A stretch of 56,987 nucleotides of DNA, filler included, from Squatina squatina (Eukaryota): NCBI GenBank assembly GCA_031763465.1. It is 3 parts of 3 records of this genome, joined end to end, with 100 filler letters (N's around TTAATTAATTAA, not from the genome) between each part and the next. Parts side by side here need not be neighbours in the genome. Positions count along the whole stretch, not along the records: positions 1 to 20,362 come from JARFOE010000001.1; 2 more parts are not named here. One strand, given 5' to 3'. Under the pieces are notes generated by a model. That model searched no databases, was not told the DNA's origin, and saw only the letters and a program-made list of their open reading frames with translations. The translations under genes were made by a program, and so were the position numbers. Position 1 is the first letter of the stretch. The number at the start of each line of letters is the position of its first letter. This document shows, one piece after another, positions 1 through 12,800 of this stretch.

Positions 1-184
1 GGGAGATACTGTCGGATCCACCTAGTATTTCCTTGCTTGGTATGGCCCAAATTAGGAACTGTTGGATTGGTGTCCTCCCACTCCATGGTGCTAGATGCTT
101 CTCATCCAATGCTTGTTGCAACCTTGCCACTCATGAGATAGACATTCTAAATTACAGTGTGTCTTTTAATATCCTGGCTTGTCT

Positions 185-365
185 AATAGAAATACAGAGA
201 AGCTACTGCATGGAAACAGGCCATTCAGCCCAACCAGTCCATGTCAGCGATTAGCCTCCATGTGAGCACATAGTTTTAATCACATTTACCCGCCGTGTCC
301 CCATATCACTTCAATCTTTTTCCATCATCCATCTATCTAATCGTGAATGCTGATGTTTCTGCCTC
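185..365 (-). mobile_element. CR1-LINE/SINE 3' tail remnant
   Basis: ATAGAA...GGCCATTCAGCCCAACCAGTCC motif resembles the other CR1-type tails in the window (20508, 20995, 31231); degraded, boundaries approximate. Confidence 0.5.
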
Positions 366-460
366 AACCTCAAATTTTAGAAAAATAGTTTGATTTATAG
401 AGTGACATATTTAAAAAATTTGGTTAAAAAATCATGTAATGTCCCAATAGGCAACATTTA

Positions 461-942
461 GGGCGAGAAATTCATCTCCTGTTGTGCCCCGTTAGCGCCT
501 CTAAGGGGCCAAAATGGTGCCGGGAGGCGGCAATCTCACCTCCCAGGGACCTGGCCAGCTGAATTCCGCGGCGGGTCGGCGCGTGATGTCATAAAGATGC
601 ACGCCGACCCGCACCGCGCAGTGGCAACCCCCTTTGCGGCCCATTTGCGCCCTGCGGGTGGAATTCACCCACGGGACCAAGCCGCAGTGTCGAAGGGGAG
701 GGCCTTTGTGCCTGCGGCCGCCATCTTTATTTGTTAGCCAACTTTGTTGTCGGCCGAATGATGATGGCCCACTGCCGGAGTGGGCCACCATCCCCCTCAG
801 CTGGCACGCCAGCAGCATACCAGGCACCTCGCTCCCGTCCCAGAACAGCTAATTCTGCGGGGGGCGGGGTGGGAGCCGGCGCGGGAAATGCTGGTTACCG
901 TCCCGTAAGCGCCCCAACAGGGTGCGGATTAATTTCGGCCTG
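461..942. mobile_element. GC/CpG-rich non-autonomous DNA transposon (PIF/Harbinger-like MITE)
   Basis: Imperfect TIRs GGGCGAGAAATT / AATTTCGGCCTG with TTA/CTA flanks. The right ~100 bp is homologous (reverse complement) to 28884-28988. Confidence 0.6.
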
Positions 943-1739
943 CTAGAGATTAACAGATTGTAGGTATAGCATGTATCAGCATGCTATTAATTCTTCTTTT
1001 CCCACATTATCCCAAATGTCTCCCAACTAAAACCATTAACAACTCATTTCAGAGATATTCTGACTTGTTTAATCTAGATTTCAGTTGTAAAAGAGAACAC
1101 TTCTCATTACGGAATGAATGATACATATGCATCACTCCTTCTCATCTTCATCAGGCTTTAACAGTGTTCAGCTTAAGCCACTCCTGATGTCAGTGCTTGT
1201 TCTTGTGATTAAGGAGTGTGGTGAGAACACTGCTATATCTCAGGTCAGGCTATGTGATAATTTATGAGCTGCTATGAGCATCCCACTGCCATTGCAGCTG
1301 TTAATATGCAGGCATCATGCACAAATGTTCCCACTGAAATGTCATTTTCAAATTCTCAGTAGTGATGGTTGAGAACTGTAGCAGACTAACCTTTTAAGTA
1401 TTAACTCTTTGTAGCATAGACAGATCTTCAAGACAGAGAGGGCCCAATTGGTCAGCGCCCAAACCGGGCGCTGCATTCGGGGCCTCCTCTCCGTGGGGAC
1501 GCCACGCTGGCAGTGAGGGGCAGTGACACAGAATTGATGACTTAGTCACCATTCCGGGTCACCGCACTTTGCTGAGGCCACTGCGCATGTGCCAGCTGCG
1601 GCCCCTCCCCCTGCCTAAAAGGGACGGGCCAAGGGCCGCNNNNNNNNNNNNNNNNNNNNNNNNNNNNNNNNNNNNNNNNNNNNNNNNNNNNNNNNNNNNN
1701 NNNNNNNNNNNNNNNNNNNNNNNNNNNNNNNNNNNNNNN

Positions 1740-2085
1740 GTGCTCCAATGTTGAGAGGTGCCGCCTTTCAGATGAGACGTTAAACCAGGGCCCTGTCTGC
1801 CCACTCAGGTGGACGTAAATTATCTCATGGCATTATTTCAAAGAAGAACAGGGGAGTTCTCTTTGGAATCCTGGCCAACATTTATCCCTCTACCAACATC
1901 ACTAAAAATAGTTTATCTGGTCATTATCGCATTGCTGTTTGTAGGACCTGGCTATGCACAAATTGACTGCCATATTTCCTACATTACATCAGTGACTACA
2001 TTGAAAAAAAGTACTTCATTGGCTGTAAAGTGCTCTGGGATGTCCTGAGGCTGTGAAAGGTGCGATAGAACTGCAAGTCTTTATT
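1740..2085 (+). mobile_element. SacSINE1/AmnSINE1-type Deu-domain SINE with L2-derived tail
   Basis: GAGGTGCCGCCTTTCAGATGAGACGTTAAACC (Deu-domain start) followed by GTAAAGTGCTCTGGGATGTCCTGAGG...GTGAAAGGTGCG tail shared with 32541-32800 and 52251-52405. Confidence 0.75.
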
Positions 2086-2102
2086 TGTCTTTTAATTCAG
2101 AT

Positions 2103-2210
2103 GGTGAAATTGGTGTAGGGTGAGAGCGTAAAATGGGCGATAAAGAATTGGCAGCCTGTTTTAGACCCTGCCTAATTATCTTTCCCACTGACTTCAAGAC
2201 CAATTTCACC
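2103..2210. mobile_element. Short MITE-like element
   Basis: Perfect 12-bp inverted repeat GGTGAAATTGGT (2103-2114) / ACCAATTTCACC (2199-2210). Confidence 0.5.
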
Positions 2211-4424
2211 CCCAGTGAATCCCAATTTCACCTTAAGAAGTACTAAATGAAGGGGAGATACTTTAACCATAGGCAGGGAAAATTGATCACTACCTTGCAA
2301 TCCTTAGCATCAAGTTGTTCCAAAACATGTATTGGAGAAATAACTGTTTGGGACACTTTGCTGTGCTGTACAGCATAGATGGATCAACTTCATAAAGCAT
2401 TTAAGGATAGAAGTTACTATTAGTGAAGATAAGAGACAGATGCTTAACATGTTTGTATGACATTCCTGTGTCACGAGTTCAGCAGAGCCATTAATCTGTT
2501 TTTTTTTAAATGAAGTATTGATTGAAGTAGAATGTTAGGCAAAACAAAGAGAGGTTTACTCTGTATCCAAACATGTGGTCCCGAACGTGGGAATGCTTGT
2601 TATTTCTTGATGTTGGTTGCCCAGTATCCTTCATTCTGAATAGCACAAAATTCATGAATAAATTAAAATAGATAGATGAAAATGAAGGGATACAAAGACA
2701 GATTCAGAAGGAAAGAAAGAAAAATGTAAGGACTAAGAAAAAGGATTTGAGGATGAAAAAATGAAATTATGAAAAATCCTGGATCTTTTACTAAATTGTA
2801 TTAAAAAGTCATGGCTAAAAAACTACAGTATAAACAGACAGGCAGTAGGGTATATATATTATAGTGTCCAAAATCTGTTTTAAGCAGAACATCTCATTGT
2901 AGTTGATTAATTTGCACTAACATCAAGCAGCAGTTGTTTCAATTTCACTTTTTATGGAGAAAAAAATCTTAAATGAATCAATTGGATAACCTTGGCTTAC
3001 TATTTCAGCCCTGTAATAATAAGATAAAAGCAACATTCATTTATAATTTGGTTGTGCATACATTTTGGTGTTCAAAGATTCTGTGAAGAAAATAACTCAT
3101 TGAATTATAGCCTGTAACGCAAAAATCTGCAGTGAAGAGGCAAGCGTGATCTCTCTGTCATCACTGTGTGTTCTTTGTGTTGCCCAAAACATGCGCATGT
3201 CTAAAGATCCATTCTGTGATACTCATAAATGTAACTTATTGTCTGGAAAAGCTTCTTTATGCAAGCATGTACCAGTATATACCAGTAAGTAACTCTTCCT
3301 GCAGTGCAGTTATTGGAAAACCAATAAATGTAACTACTTTGTCCTCCAACTTCATAGTATAGTGAACACAAAAGAGAATAGAGTGCCCATTCCTTTATAG
3401 AACTCTGGAACAAATTCATGTAACTGAGATAATTTGAATAAAAACATGTGGTCTTGTTTCTACACTGTTTTTCAAAGCATAAATTATTAAACATTTTCAT
3501 CCCTGCAATGGACAAAACACATAGATGTAATTAGATTGCATAACCATACAAGATTATTGTTACCCCATGATCTAGATGGATTTTAAGGTTTCATAATATC
3601 TGCAGTAAATTTGCTTCCAATTTGCCAATGCGATTGCTATTCATTAGCAATAATTTACTTGTCAAGAATCTGTGAAGATGTTAATTTTAAGTATTTTATG
3701 AACATTCAGTTCTATAGGAAGGGGAAAATTACAATTTTATGAGTTAGCCTCAAATGGGTCATGTATTAGTATGAGACAAGCATTTGTTTCANNNNNNNNN
3801 NNNNNNNNNNNNNNNNNNNNNNNNNNNNNNNNNNNNNNNNNNNNNNNNNNNNNNNNNNNNNNNNNNNNNNNNNNNNNNNNNNNNNNNNNNNATCCAATCA
3901 ACTTTACTGATTCATAATGGTATCTATACTGATTTATAATGTAAATGATTGTATTTGACTACATTGCCACTGTAAGTTACAATATATTCACCACAGGTTG
4001 TGTCAATTTGCACAATAGAAGGTCCATGCATGGTAGGTTTGGATCGATTTGTGAAATGAGACTTAAGGGCAAAAGTCCATTATTCAGAACATCACCAAAG
4101 TTGAGACAAGGTGGTGAGGCAAATCATAAAACAGCGATTAGGGGAGCTAAGTTTGGGTTTTACAAACATTTATATTGTAGAAGGAAGGAAAGACTGAGAG
4201 AGGTAAAGAACTACACAGCCCAAGATTAAAATACTTTAAACTATTATCATAGGCAGTCTTGTCACATAACATATTTGAATTATCTGTACACTTTGTAATT
4301 TATTCAAATAACTAAATTAGCTATCTACACAAATGCAAATGTAAGCCATATTAAAATGTTTTATTCATTTNNNNNNNNNNCATTTTTTCATAAGCACCGT
4401 TATATGTCACCAGTCAGTGCACCA

Positions 4425-4518
4425 ATTTTAACTTTCAGTGATGGTAAGGAAAATCGGCCAGCCTGTATAACGGCGGCTGATCCACTGCTGCTGATTGTTT
4501 GTCGCCGAAAGTTAAAAT
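4425..4518. repeat. Inverted repeat / MITE relic
   Basis: Perfect 12-bp inverted repeat ATTTTAACTTTC (4425-4436) / GAAAGTTAAAAT (4507-4518). Confidence 0.45.
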
Positions 4519-4939
4519 CAGCCCTTTTATGTCATCTGCATTGAAAAGGTTAAGAGAATTAAGTGAATATTATTATATGATGGGACTGGCTAGTATGCAC
4601 CAGAAAAATCTATACACAAAAGATACTGTTGTGATGTTGTCTTCAAAGTATACAATGATTGAAGAGAGACTGCTAGAACATGAATGTAGCAACATGCAAG
4701 TGAAATAATCAAAATCAATTATGAATAGCTATATGTTGGCAATGGCTCCTGTGACTAAAGAATTTTTATAGACAAAGCTGTTATAAATAGTGAAATTCAC
4801 TGCTAGACTATAACAATTGAGCATGTTCATTCAGTGTTTCAGCAGGGCTCCATTTTATTCTTTATTGCACATCGTAGATTTGCATTGTGGATTGATTTTG
4901 TAAATACAGCTGTGACACTTACAATCATGTTTCTTCTAG

Positions 4940-5156
4940 CCTTTCCGTCGAGTGACTTTCTCTGTGGTGAGTCAGCCTCAGGATCCACATCAGGGGTCCC
5001 TACAGAGCTGTTATGACAGCGGCTTGGAGGAATCGGAAACTCCTAGCAGCAAGAGTTCATCAGGACCAAGACTAGGGTCACTCCCACTTCCGGAAGACAA
5101 CTATGAGAGGACCACACCTGACGGCAGCGTTGGTGAGGCAGAACATATGGAAAATG
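4940..5156 (+). CDS. PCDH7: Protocadherin-7 cytoplasmic exon (delta-1 CM3 RRVTF and CM1 region)
   Basis: ttcttctag|CCT TTC CGT CGA GTG ACT TTC; translates PFRRVTFSVVSQPQDPHQGSLQSCYDSGLEESETPSSKSSSGPRLGSLPLPEDNYERTTPDGSVGEAEHMEN(G)|gtaagg; near-identical to recalled vertebrate PCDH7 long-isoform tail. Confidence 0.93.
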
Positions 5157-5899
5157 GTAAGGTCATAAAACCAATCACTTATTCTCTAAACCACTAATTG
5201 CATTAATATTAATGCTTGAGGCTAGTTTTCACAGATAATGACATGAGCACTTAATGCAGAATTCAAAGTACAGACAGCATAAAACATTTTTAAAGCTAAA
5301 TGCATTTATATTTCTCCATGAATAAAATAGAATTATTGCTCCACATCAAGTCAACAATTGCAAGATTGTAAACTTCATTCATAATTCCACAATATTACAT
5401 TGTGGTAGTGCATTTATTCAAAGTGCTCTTGATTTTTAAAAAAACTCTAATTACCTCCTGAAAATTTACTCTTGCAGAATCATCTACACATGCATCTTAT
5501 ACAGCTGTTGAACTGGAAACAGTTTTATTTTAATTTTATTTTTTCTCTCTCAGTTTGTCCCACCAATTTTCTCTCCTCTTTCTCTCCTGAAGGCATTGAC
5601 TCTTTGGTGCAAAATGTTTCTGCAGACACTGGTTGTCCTCTGCTGCCTTGCTCATGTGGTCATTATTCATGTGTGACTCTGGACAGTGAGGGGTGACTAT
5701 CGGACAGCCAACTGATAGAATGTACCCCTCAGCCACCTAATCCTGCTGGTGGGAAGCCTGTACCATTTTGAGGGCTGGGCCTCATTACCATGCTGCTGGN
5801 NNNNNNNNNNNNNNNNNNNNNNNNNNNNNNNNNNNNNNNNNNNNNNNNNNNNNNNNNNNNNNNNNNNNNNNNNNNNNNNNNNNNNNNNNNNNNNNNNNN

Positions 5900-6512
5900 C
5901 CTAGTTGTAGTTTCCCCCACTTGGGGAAACATCCTCTCAGCATTTACCCTGTCAAGGCCCCTCAGAATCTTATATGTTTCAATAAAATCACCTCTCGTTC
6001 TTCTAAACTCCAATGAGTAAAGGCCCAACCTGCTCAACCTTTCCTCATAAGCCAACCCTTCCATCCCAGGAATCAACCCAGTGAACCTTCTCTGAACTGC
6101 CTCCAGTGCAAGTTTATCGCTCCTTAAGGAGACCAAAACTGTACGCAGTACTCCAGGTGTGGTCTCACCAACACCCTGTACAGTTGTAGCAAGACTTCCC
6201 TACTTTTATACTCCATCCCCCTTGTAATAAAGGCCAACATTCCATTTGCCTTCCTAATTACTTGCTGCACCTGCACGCTAACTTTTTGTGTTTCATGTAT
6301 GAGAACACCCAAATCCCTCTGTACCACAGCATTCCGTAATCTCTCTCCATTTAAATAATAATTTGCTTTTCTATTCTTCCTACCAAAGTGGATAACCTCA
6401 TGTTTTCCCACATTATACTCCATCTGCTAAATTTTTGCCCACTCACTTAAACTATCTATATCCCTTTGCAGACTCTTTGTGTCCTCTTCACAACTTGCCT
6501 TCCCACCTATCT
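5900..6512 (-). mobile_element. CR1 LINE ORF2 (RT C-terminal) fragment, frameshifted
   Basis: ORF-track peptides RDLGVLI...LYRVLVRPHLEYCVQFWSP and LEAVQRRFTGLIPG...LYSLEFRRTRGDFIETYKIL are canonical CR1 RT C-terminal motifs in two different frames. Confidence 0.92.
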
Positions 6513-8400
6513 ATAAATTTAAAAAAATAATGCGGGCAAAGGATATTTAAAAATGTGTTTGTTAAGCTCTAAAAGCACTGCCAATCAAATGTGTATATAA
6601 ATAAAACCTATAAGATGTTTACATTTAATTGAATGGCCTGCCCCACCCTCAGATACCTGACCAAACAAAATGTCTATTCTGGGGCCATTTTGTATCAAAA
6701 CAAGCTGTGCCATTTTCTGGTGTGAACCTTTTTCTAAAACTCCTATGTACACTAATAGGCAAAAACAACCAATCCCATGTTATAACACACAAACAAATGA
6801 TTCATTTTTGTCACACAGCCCCATTCTATTGTGTTTATTGTTCTCTCCCTGAAGTCTCATCAGTTTTTTTTCAATATTCAACAGCATTTCATGGACCTTC
6901 AACCATAGCACAAAATGCATCTGCTTTTGTTTCTTCAATCTCAGGTGAATAACTTTCCTTGTGGTCAACAGTTCAGAAATGAACATCTTTGAGAATCAGC
7001 CAGGGATTTAGGATTTGTGTGAAATAAATTAGCATTGTCAATCTATTGTATGGACTCAAAAACATTTACCCAATAGGGAACTCTAGTAGATATTCTCCTT
7101 GTTCTACCACCAGCATAGCTCAAATCAGGTAATACTCAATGTAGTCAGTATAGGTAATGTAAAAAGAAATAAGAATCTTGTTTATAGAGCCCATGCTATG
7201 TGCTTTAAAGGTAGAAAGCAAAATGAGGTATTATCTTTTGAAACAATCTGTAGGAGTCATGGGAGCTTTTCATTTTCTTTTTATTTGTGATTTGTAATTG
7301 AGAATTGAACTGGATATATCTTGAGTGAAAGGAATTGCTTTAGAATAAATATTGTAGATCAGTTGCCATGTAAATATTTATCAGTGTTATTTCTTAGTGA
7401 TTAAATGTACAAATTGGCAGGGAAAATAATATTCTATATTTAAAAAATGCATTTTCTAATGAAANNNNNNNNNNNNNNNNNNNNNNNNNNNNNNNNNNNN
7501 NNNNNNNNNNNNNNNNNNNNNNNNNNNNNNNNNNNNNNNNNNNNNNNNNNNNNNNNNNNNNNNNGTGTCCTCTTCAGCTAAATCGCCAGCTGATACTGAT
7601 CAGAATGTACATGGTGCCCAGTTCAGTCCAAAAATTACAAGTGAGGTTCTATGTACTGATTTTAATGTATAAAGGCCCTACCATCAGGGTCAGGGGTTCA
7701 CTATGGCCGTCCAGCTGTAGGCAGGGGAACCATTGCCAATAGTGGCAATGGGGTAGTAAATCATTGTACATTATTTCTGGGTTGCTACTAGCCCATTTCC
7801 ATCAAGCTGGAGGCCTGAAAATTCACCCTTCCGTGTCAAAAAATTAATGCAGTATAAAGAAACTCTGATGGAGAGCTAGACCTTCCCTCAAGACACATCA
7901 AAACCAAAGAATTTTGACAAAAAAATCTGTACATTTCCACATTATTCTAAAAATGTATCTTTGATTATGTTGTACTGTTTGACATTAACTCAAACCATAC
8001 CTCAAGGAGTCAATCATTTTTTTTTCTTTCATAATGATGGAGACCTTGTTCCATTTGGATGATTTTCATGCCAGAAGAAATGTCAGACATAACTGTACGC
8101 TGTGGTGTCATCCAATTTTTTAAAAAGACATTTACTTCAGGATGCAGAAAGCAGACAATAATGTTATTTCAACCTGTAAAATTTCACATCAGGCATGTAT
8201 ACAGCACATTTTAATGAACCTGTAGCTGTTTTTATTCTTCCAGGTTTCTTTTGATTTATGGGAATTTGTTGTGGAACTGGAGAGTATTAACCTTAATTAG
8301 TTCCAACAAGTGTGAACAGTGTCACTCAACACAGCAAATGACATTAAAAAAATGTCTCTGTCAGAAATTGTAAGCCAGTGTTATTCAATTAGGTTATAAA

Positions 8401-8495
8401 GTGTTTGAGGACAAGGACTTTAGACCTGGCACCAAGCTCATGGTCTACAGGGCAGCAGTGGTACCCGCCCTCCTGTATGCATCGGAGACATGGAC
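8401..8495 (+). mobile_element. RTE-clade LINE fragment
   Basis: VFEDKDFRPGTKLMVYRAAVVPALLYASETWT matches the RTE/BovB TK..VY.A.V...LLY..ETW motif; truncated by a gap. Confidence 0.75.
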
Positions 8496-9693
8496 ANNNN
8501 NNNNNNNNNNNNNNNNNNNNNNNNNNNNNNNNNNNNNNNNNNNNNNNNNNNNNNNNNNNNNNNNNNNNNNNNNNNNNNNNNNNNNNNNNNNNNNNNTGTT
8601 AAAAAATTGTGACATAGAATTCAGTTCATGATTGTGTTATTTCACTTCAAAGGTTACCTTTTACAAAATATAAAAATGCCTTGACTACCAAGTTATGACA
8701 TGAATACAGATTAGAATACATTTGGAATTTACAGATGACTTTAAATGTTTGCTACAGGCAACCAATGACTATAACAAACCATTCCACTAATCTCTGTTAA
8801 GGACATTTCCTGCTTGTGGGTCACAGGTTCTGTGCTGGAATAGACAATTTCAAGCAAGCTCATCAGCCTATATATGTCCTAGGTGCATTATGATTGTGCA
8901 GTTAATAGTAGATGTTTTATAAGGTACTAATGAATAAAATCCTAATTTGCTTGAGGGAGTTATTGGACCTACCTAACAACTGATCTTAGATTGGTAGTTA
9001 CAGTATTGATTGCAGTGGCAACACCTGATTCACATTGCCTGGCTGCAAATCCAATTCTTGTGGCCAGGAGAGCGGGCTGTGGATGCATGCTCCATTTCGA
9101 ACTGGTAAATATTAAACGTCGTGTGAGTGCAGGCAGCAGCATCGACTTTCTCAAAGCAGTTAAATAAGTTCTGCTTAAATTGATAAAATGACCAGGAGGT
9201 ATTTAAACTCAGCTTGATGCTACACCACAGTTATACTGCGCCTGCTGTCAAACCAAAGTAATGTGAGACAATTTTCCTGAGGCAGTGTCACACCATGGCA
9301 CCTCTGAGTGTGATAAAGCTCAACTGTCATTTTTGCTGTGAAGCAGTAACTATGCCCTATGTCACACATTTGTGCAAAAATATAGTGAAGTCTGGTCTGA
9401 ACATTTGCACATGTTATTCTCATATTTTAATGCTTGCTGCTTTATTTAAAAATGAATAATTACAGGCAGTTTGTTTAATTCACACAATTAATTCACCTCC
9501 TCTGTTCTCCAGTGGCTTGGCGGTTTCCATCACTTCCCTTTCGAGCCACATCAGCAGCAACAGAATAATCACAAGTGGGAGCTGAGCGGGAGCAATTTCC
9601 ACCACTCAAACTCAGTATAAAATAAGATTTTAAAACAATACTGTCAGTTAAATAACCTTGGCCATCAAATTATGTGGTACTAATGCGCAGAAC

Positions 9694-9882
9694 GGCATGA
9701 AATTCAACTTGGGGGAAGTGGGGGGGAAAATGATAAATCGGCTGACAGCAGATCACGTGCCCATTATATACCCTGCCACCATTATCCTTTGCCTTGAACT
9801 CAATGAAAAGGACAATCAGGCAGGGTGCGTACCGGGCACCAATTTTCATTTTTGCACCCTCGCCAAAGTTGAAATTCACCCC
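9694..9882. mobile_element. MITE-like element with imperfect TIRs
   Basis: TGAAATTCAACTTGG at left versus CCAAAGTTGAAATTCACCCC at right. Confidence 0.45.
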
Positions 9883-12800
9883 TAAACACCTTATCCGTTC
9901 ATCTGAAATGACTCCGTTATTTTAACAGTGGTGCTGATGACCCATTCAACGTAAAGGGGTTAATCTCTCCTTTTAGCGCAATGGGCTAATTGCATGCCAA
10001 CAAGCTATTTATTCGCATACTACTGCCACGCAGGGTAATTTCTGGGCTATTGCTCATGAATATCATGCCCCGATTTTACCAGGTCAAACAATGCTTGCCA
10101 CCCTCAGCGATGAAATGGAAAGCAAAGAGACTCTTTGTTACCCAATTGGATAATGCTTGACCGTCGCTCAAACGGACTTTTTTGCTTTTTCCCCCATCTC
10201 CAATATTTGTAAGTGAAAGTGTTCAAAGAAGTTGGAAAAAAAAATTGACGATGCTTCTGCCCAGGTTTCTCGCAGTAGTGTCCGGGAGTTGAATTTCCGG
10301 AGACTCCAGGACAATCCTGGAGGATTGGCAAAGCGACCTCCATCTCCGGGAGAGTGTAGGGTGGGACAACGAGACAATCCACCTCACACCAGGAAATCTC
10401 TTTTACCGAACGCTTTCACTTGGCCATTCCTCGAGCAATTCCAGCATGCATGGCAATCAGTTCTGGTTTCATCTAATGGGAAGAGAGTAAACAATTCTCT
10501 GACAATGCATGTNNNNNNNNNNNNNNNNNNNNNNNNNNNNNNNNNNNNNNNNNNNNNNNNNNNNNNNNNNNNNNNNNNNNNNNNNNNNNNNNNNNNNNNN
10601 NNNNNNNNNNNNTAAGTGGGTGTGAACATTACGGAAGTTACTGTTTTGTGATTATGCATTCCCAGGCTCATGGTGAGGTGAGCAGCAGCAGCAAACTCGC
10701 CAGCATTCTGACCAAATCAGTGATCATGAAATAACTAATGTTATCTGTGACCTTCTACAACCCCATCCACGATTGCCATTAAATGTGCCCCAGTTTAAAC
10801 AAAGGAAACAAGGCCCACTTAACACTGAGTGATTTAACACCAATCTGTCAGAGAAATTTCTTTCACCTCAGTAAATTTGAAAGCTAAAGTTGCATGATTG
10901 TCTGTGGATTCTTTTGTCAGCCGTCTTGTTCACTTAGGAGAACGGCAGACCTGTTATTTCCAACTCATAAAATCTGAATGGAAGTAAAAGTGCGACTGCA
11001 CTCAGCTCACCAGGAGGCAAAACTATTGGTTGTTACTATAGCTCAGCAAGGAATTGACATGTGTACTCAGTGAGGATACAGCAGGTATGTCAGAGAAAAC
11101 AAAAAGCTGTCAAAATACCAGACATATCAATCACATGCATAAATACTATTAAACTGAGTGAATTGTTAGAAATACCAATATAGCTACAATATTTTATTGT
11201 ACAAGGAAAGGCTCTCAAAACAGGGTAGTAAGTGCATAAATATACTCTGAGACCTTCTAGATTAATGGGTCCAACTTAAATATCCTTTACTGGGGTGAAA
11301 CTGTGCCTGTTCTGTTTNNNNNNNNNNNNNNNNNNNNNNNNNNNNNNNNNNNNNNNNNNNNNNNNNNNNNNNNNNNNNNNNNNNNNNNNNNNNNNNNNNN
11401 NNNNNNNNNNNNNNNNNTGACTGATCAAAAATGAACTGATTAATAAAACCTCAAAACAACTAATTACTTGACACATATTACCTATTCAAACAAATCAAAG
11501 ATTCTGTCATCTGTTAAAGCAGACACTTACTTCTAGGGATTTAGCATAAAATTCTCCAATTAACAAAAACAGTTTCTGTCTGAAGGAAAACTCTCATTAA
11601 TTATGCAAATGTGTTCAATGCTATCTTGTCATTTGTCATATTATGCACAGAAAACTGCAGCAGCTCATAGTAAGAATCCATTTGTATAACCCTTTTACTT
11701 GACTTAAGCTGCAGTTTCAATTATGTAAATCGAATCAAAAAAAATCACAAAGTAGTTGTACATGTCAAAAGTTATCACATTTCAGTCTCACCATTTGTTT
11801 AGCCATATTACCTCATCATTAGCTCCAATATACATTTCGTAATGTGTATGTAGACGAACCACGAATAACTATTTTGGGGAGAATGTCTGTGGGGCTCTTC
11901 CCATCCCCTACCACAACTTCAGTATTTCTGTAGAGTTCCACCTGAAGTGCCAGCAGTCGATNNNNNNNNNNTTTGCCAAAATGCTGTCATACCTATTCTC
12001 ATTGGTATGCTAGGTTAGAGCACTGTCCTTTCAGTTTAAATACAGACTTGGAACTAATTGGATAACATTTTTCTTTTCCTTTTGGTGAATGTAAAATTTT
12101 TTTGGAAATCTCAACTCAATTCCTAGTGGGTACGATTCCAAAAAACAATCAATACTCGTACTCAGCATTGATTGACACTAATTTGACATTTGCTGGTGTG
12201 GCAAAACATTATGATATTTCTGATAAGTAACATAATTATTNNNNNNNNNNNNNNNNNNNNNNNNNNNNNNNNNNNNNNNNNNNNNNNNNNNNNNNNNNNN
12301 NNNNNNNNNNNNNNNNNNNNNNNNNNNNNNNNNNNNNNNNCGGAAGAATTTTACGTGAAGTAAATCAATCATGAGTTAGAAGATTGAGAAGCTCGAGTAA
12401 TACTCATTACACAGAACTGGACTTCAAACTGTTACACATGTGTCAGCGTTGACCTAGGAAATATACAACATAGAAGACGATAAGTTGATTGTGTGTTTGC
12501 TGCTGTACTTTAAACAGTCCCATCTTGCGGTGAAATGGAATGAAAAATGACAGTGTTGTAATATGGCTCAGGTGTCTAAGCAGCTTCAGCCATTGATTCT
12601 CACCACAGTGACTCAGGTTTAAATTACCCAGACAAAGTGAGGCTAACTGCTTCAGCCAGAAGAGTCATGCTGGAACGAAAAAATCATTTTTTTTTTACAG
12701 CACACAGGAAACATTTGACATAGTAATTAAAATTAATAAAATGAATTACAGATGAATTATTTAACTGCATCAAATTATTGGCAGCCAAAATTGCTTGGAG

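Noticed and set aside
501-946. Overlapping GC-rich ORFs / apparent CpG-island promoter
   Set aside because: They lie within a TIR-bounded repeat that has a second copy at 28884; no protein motif
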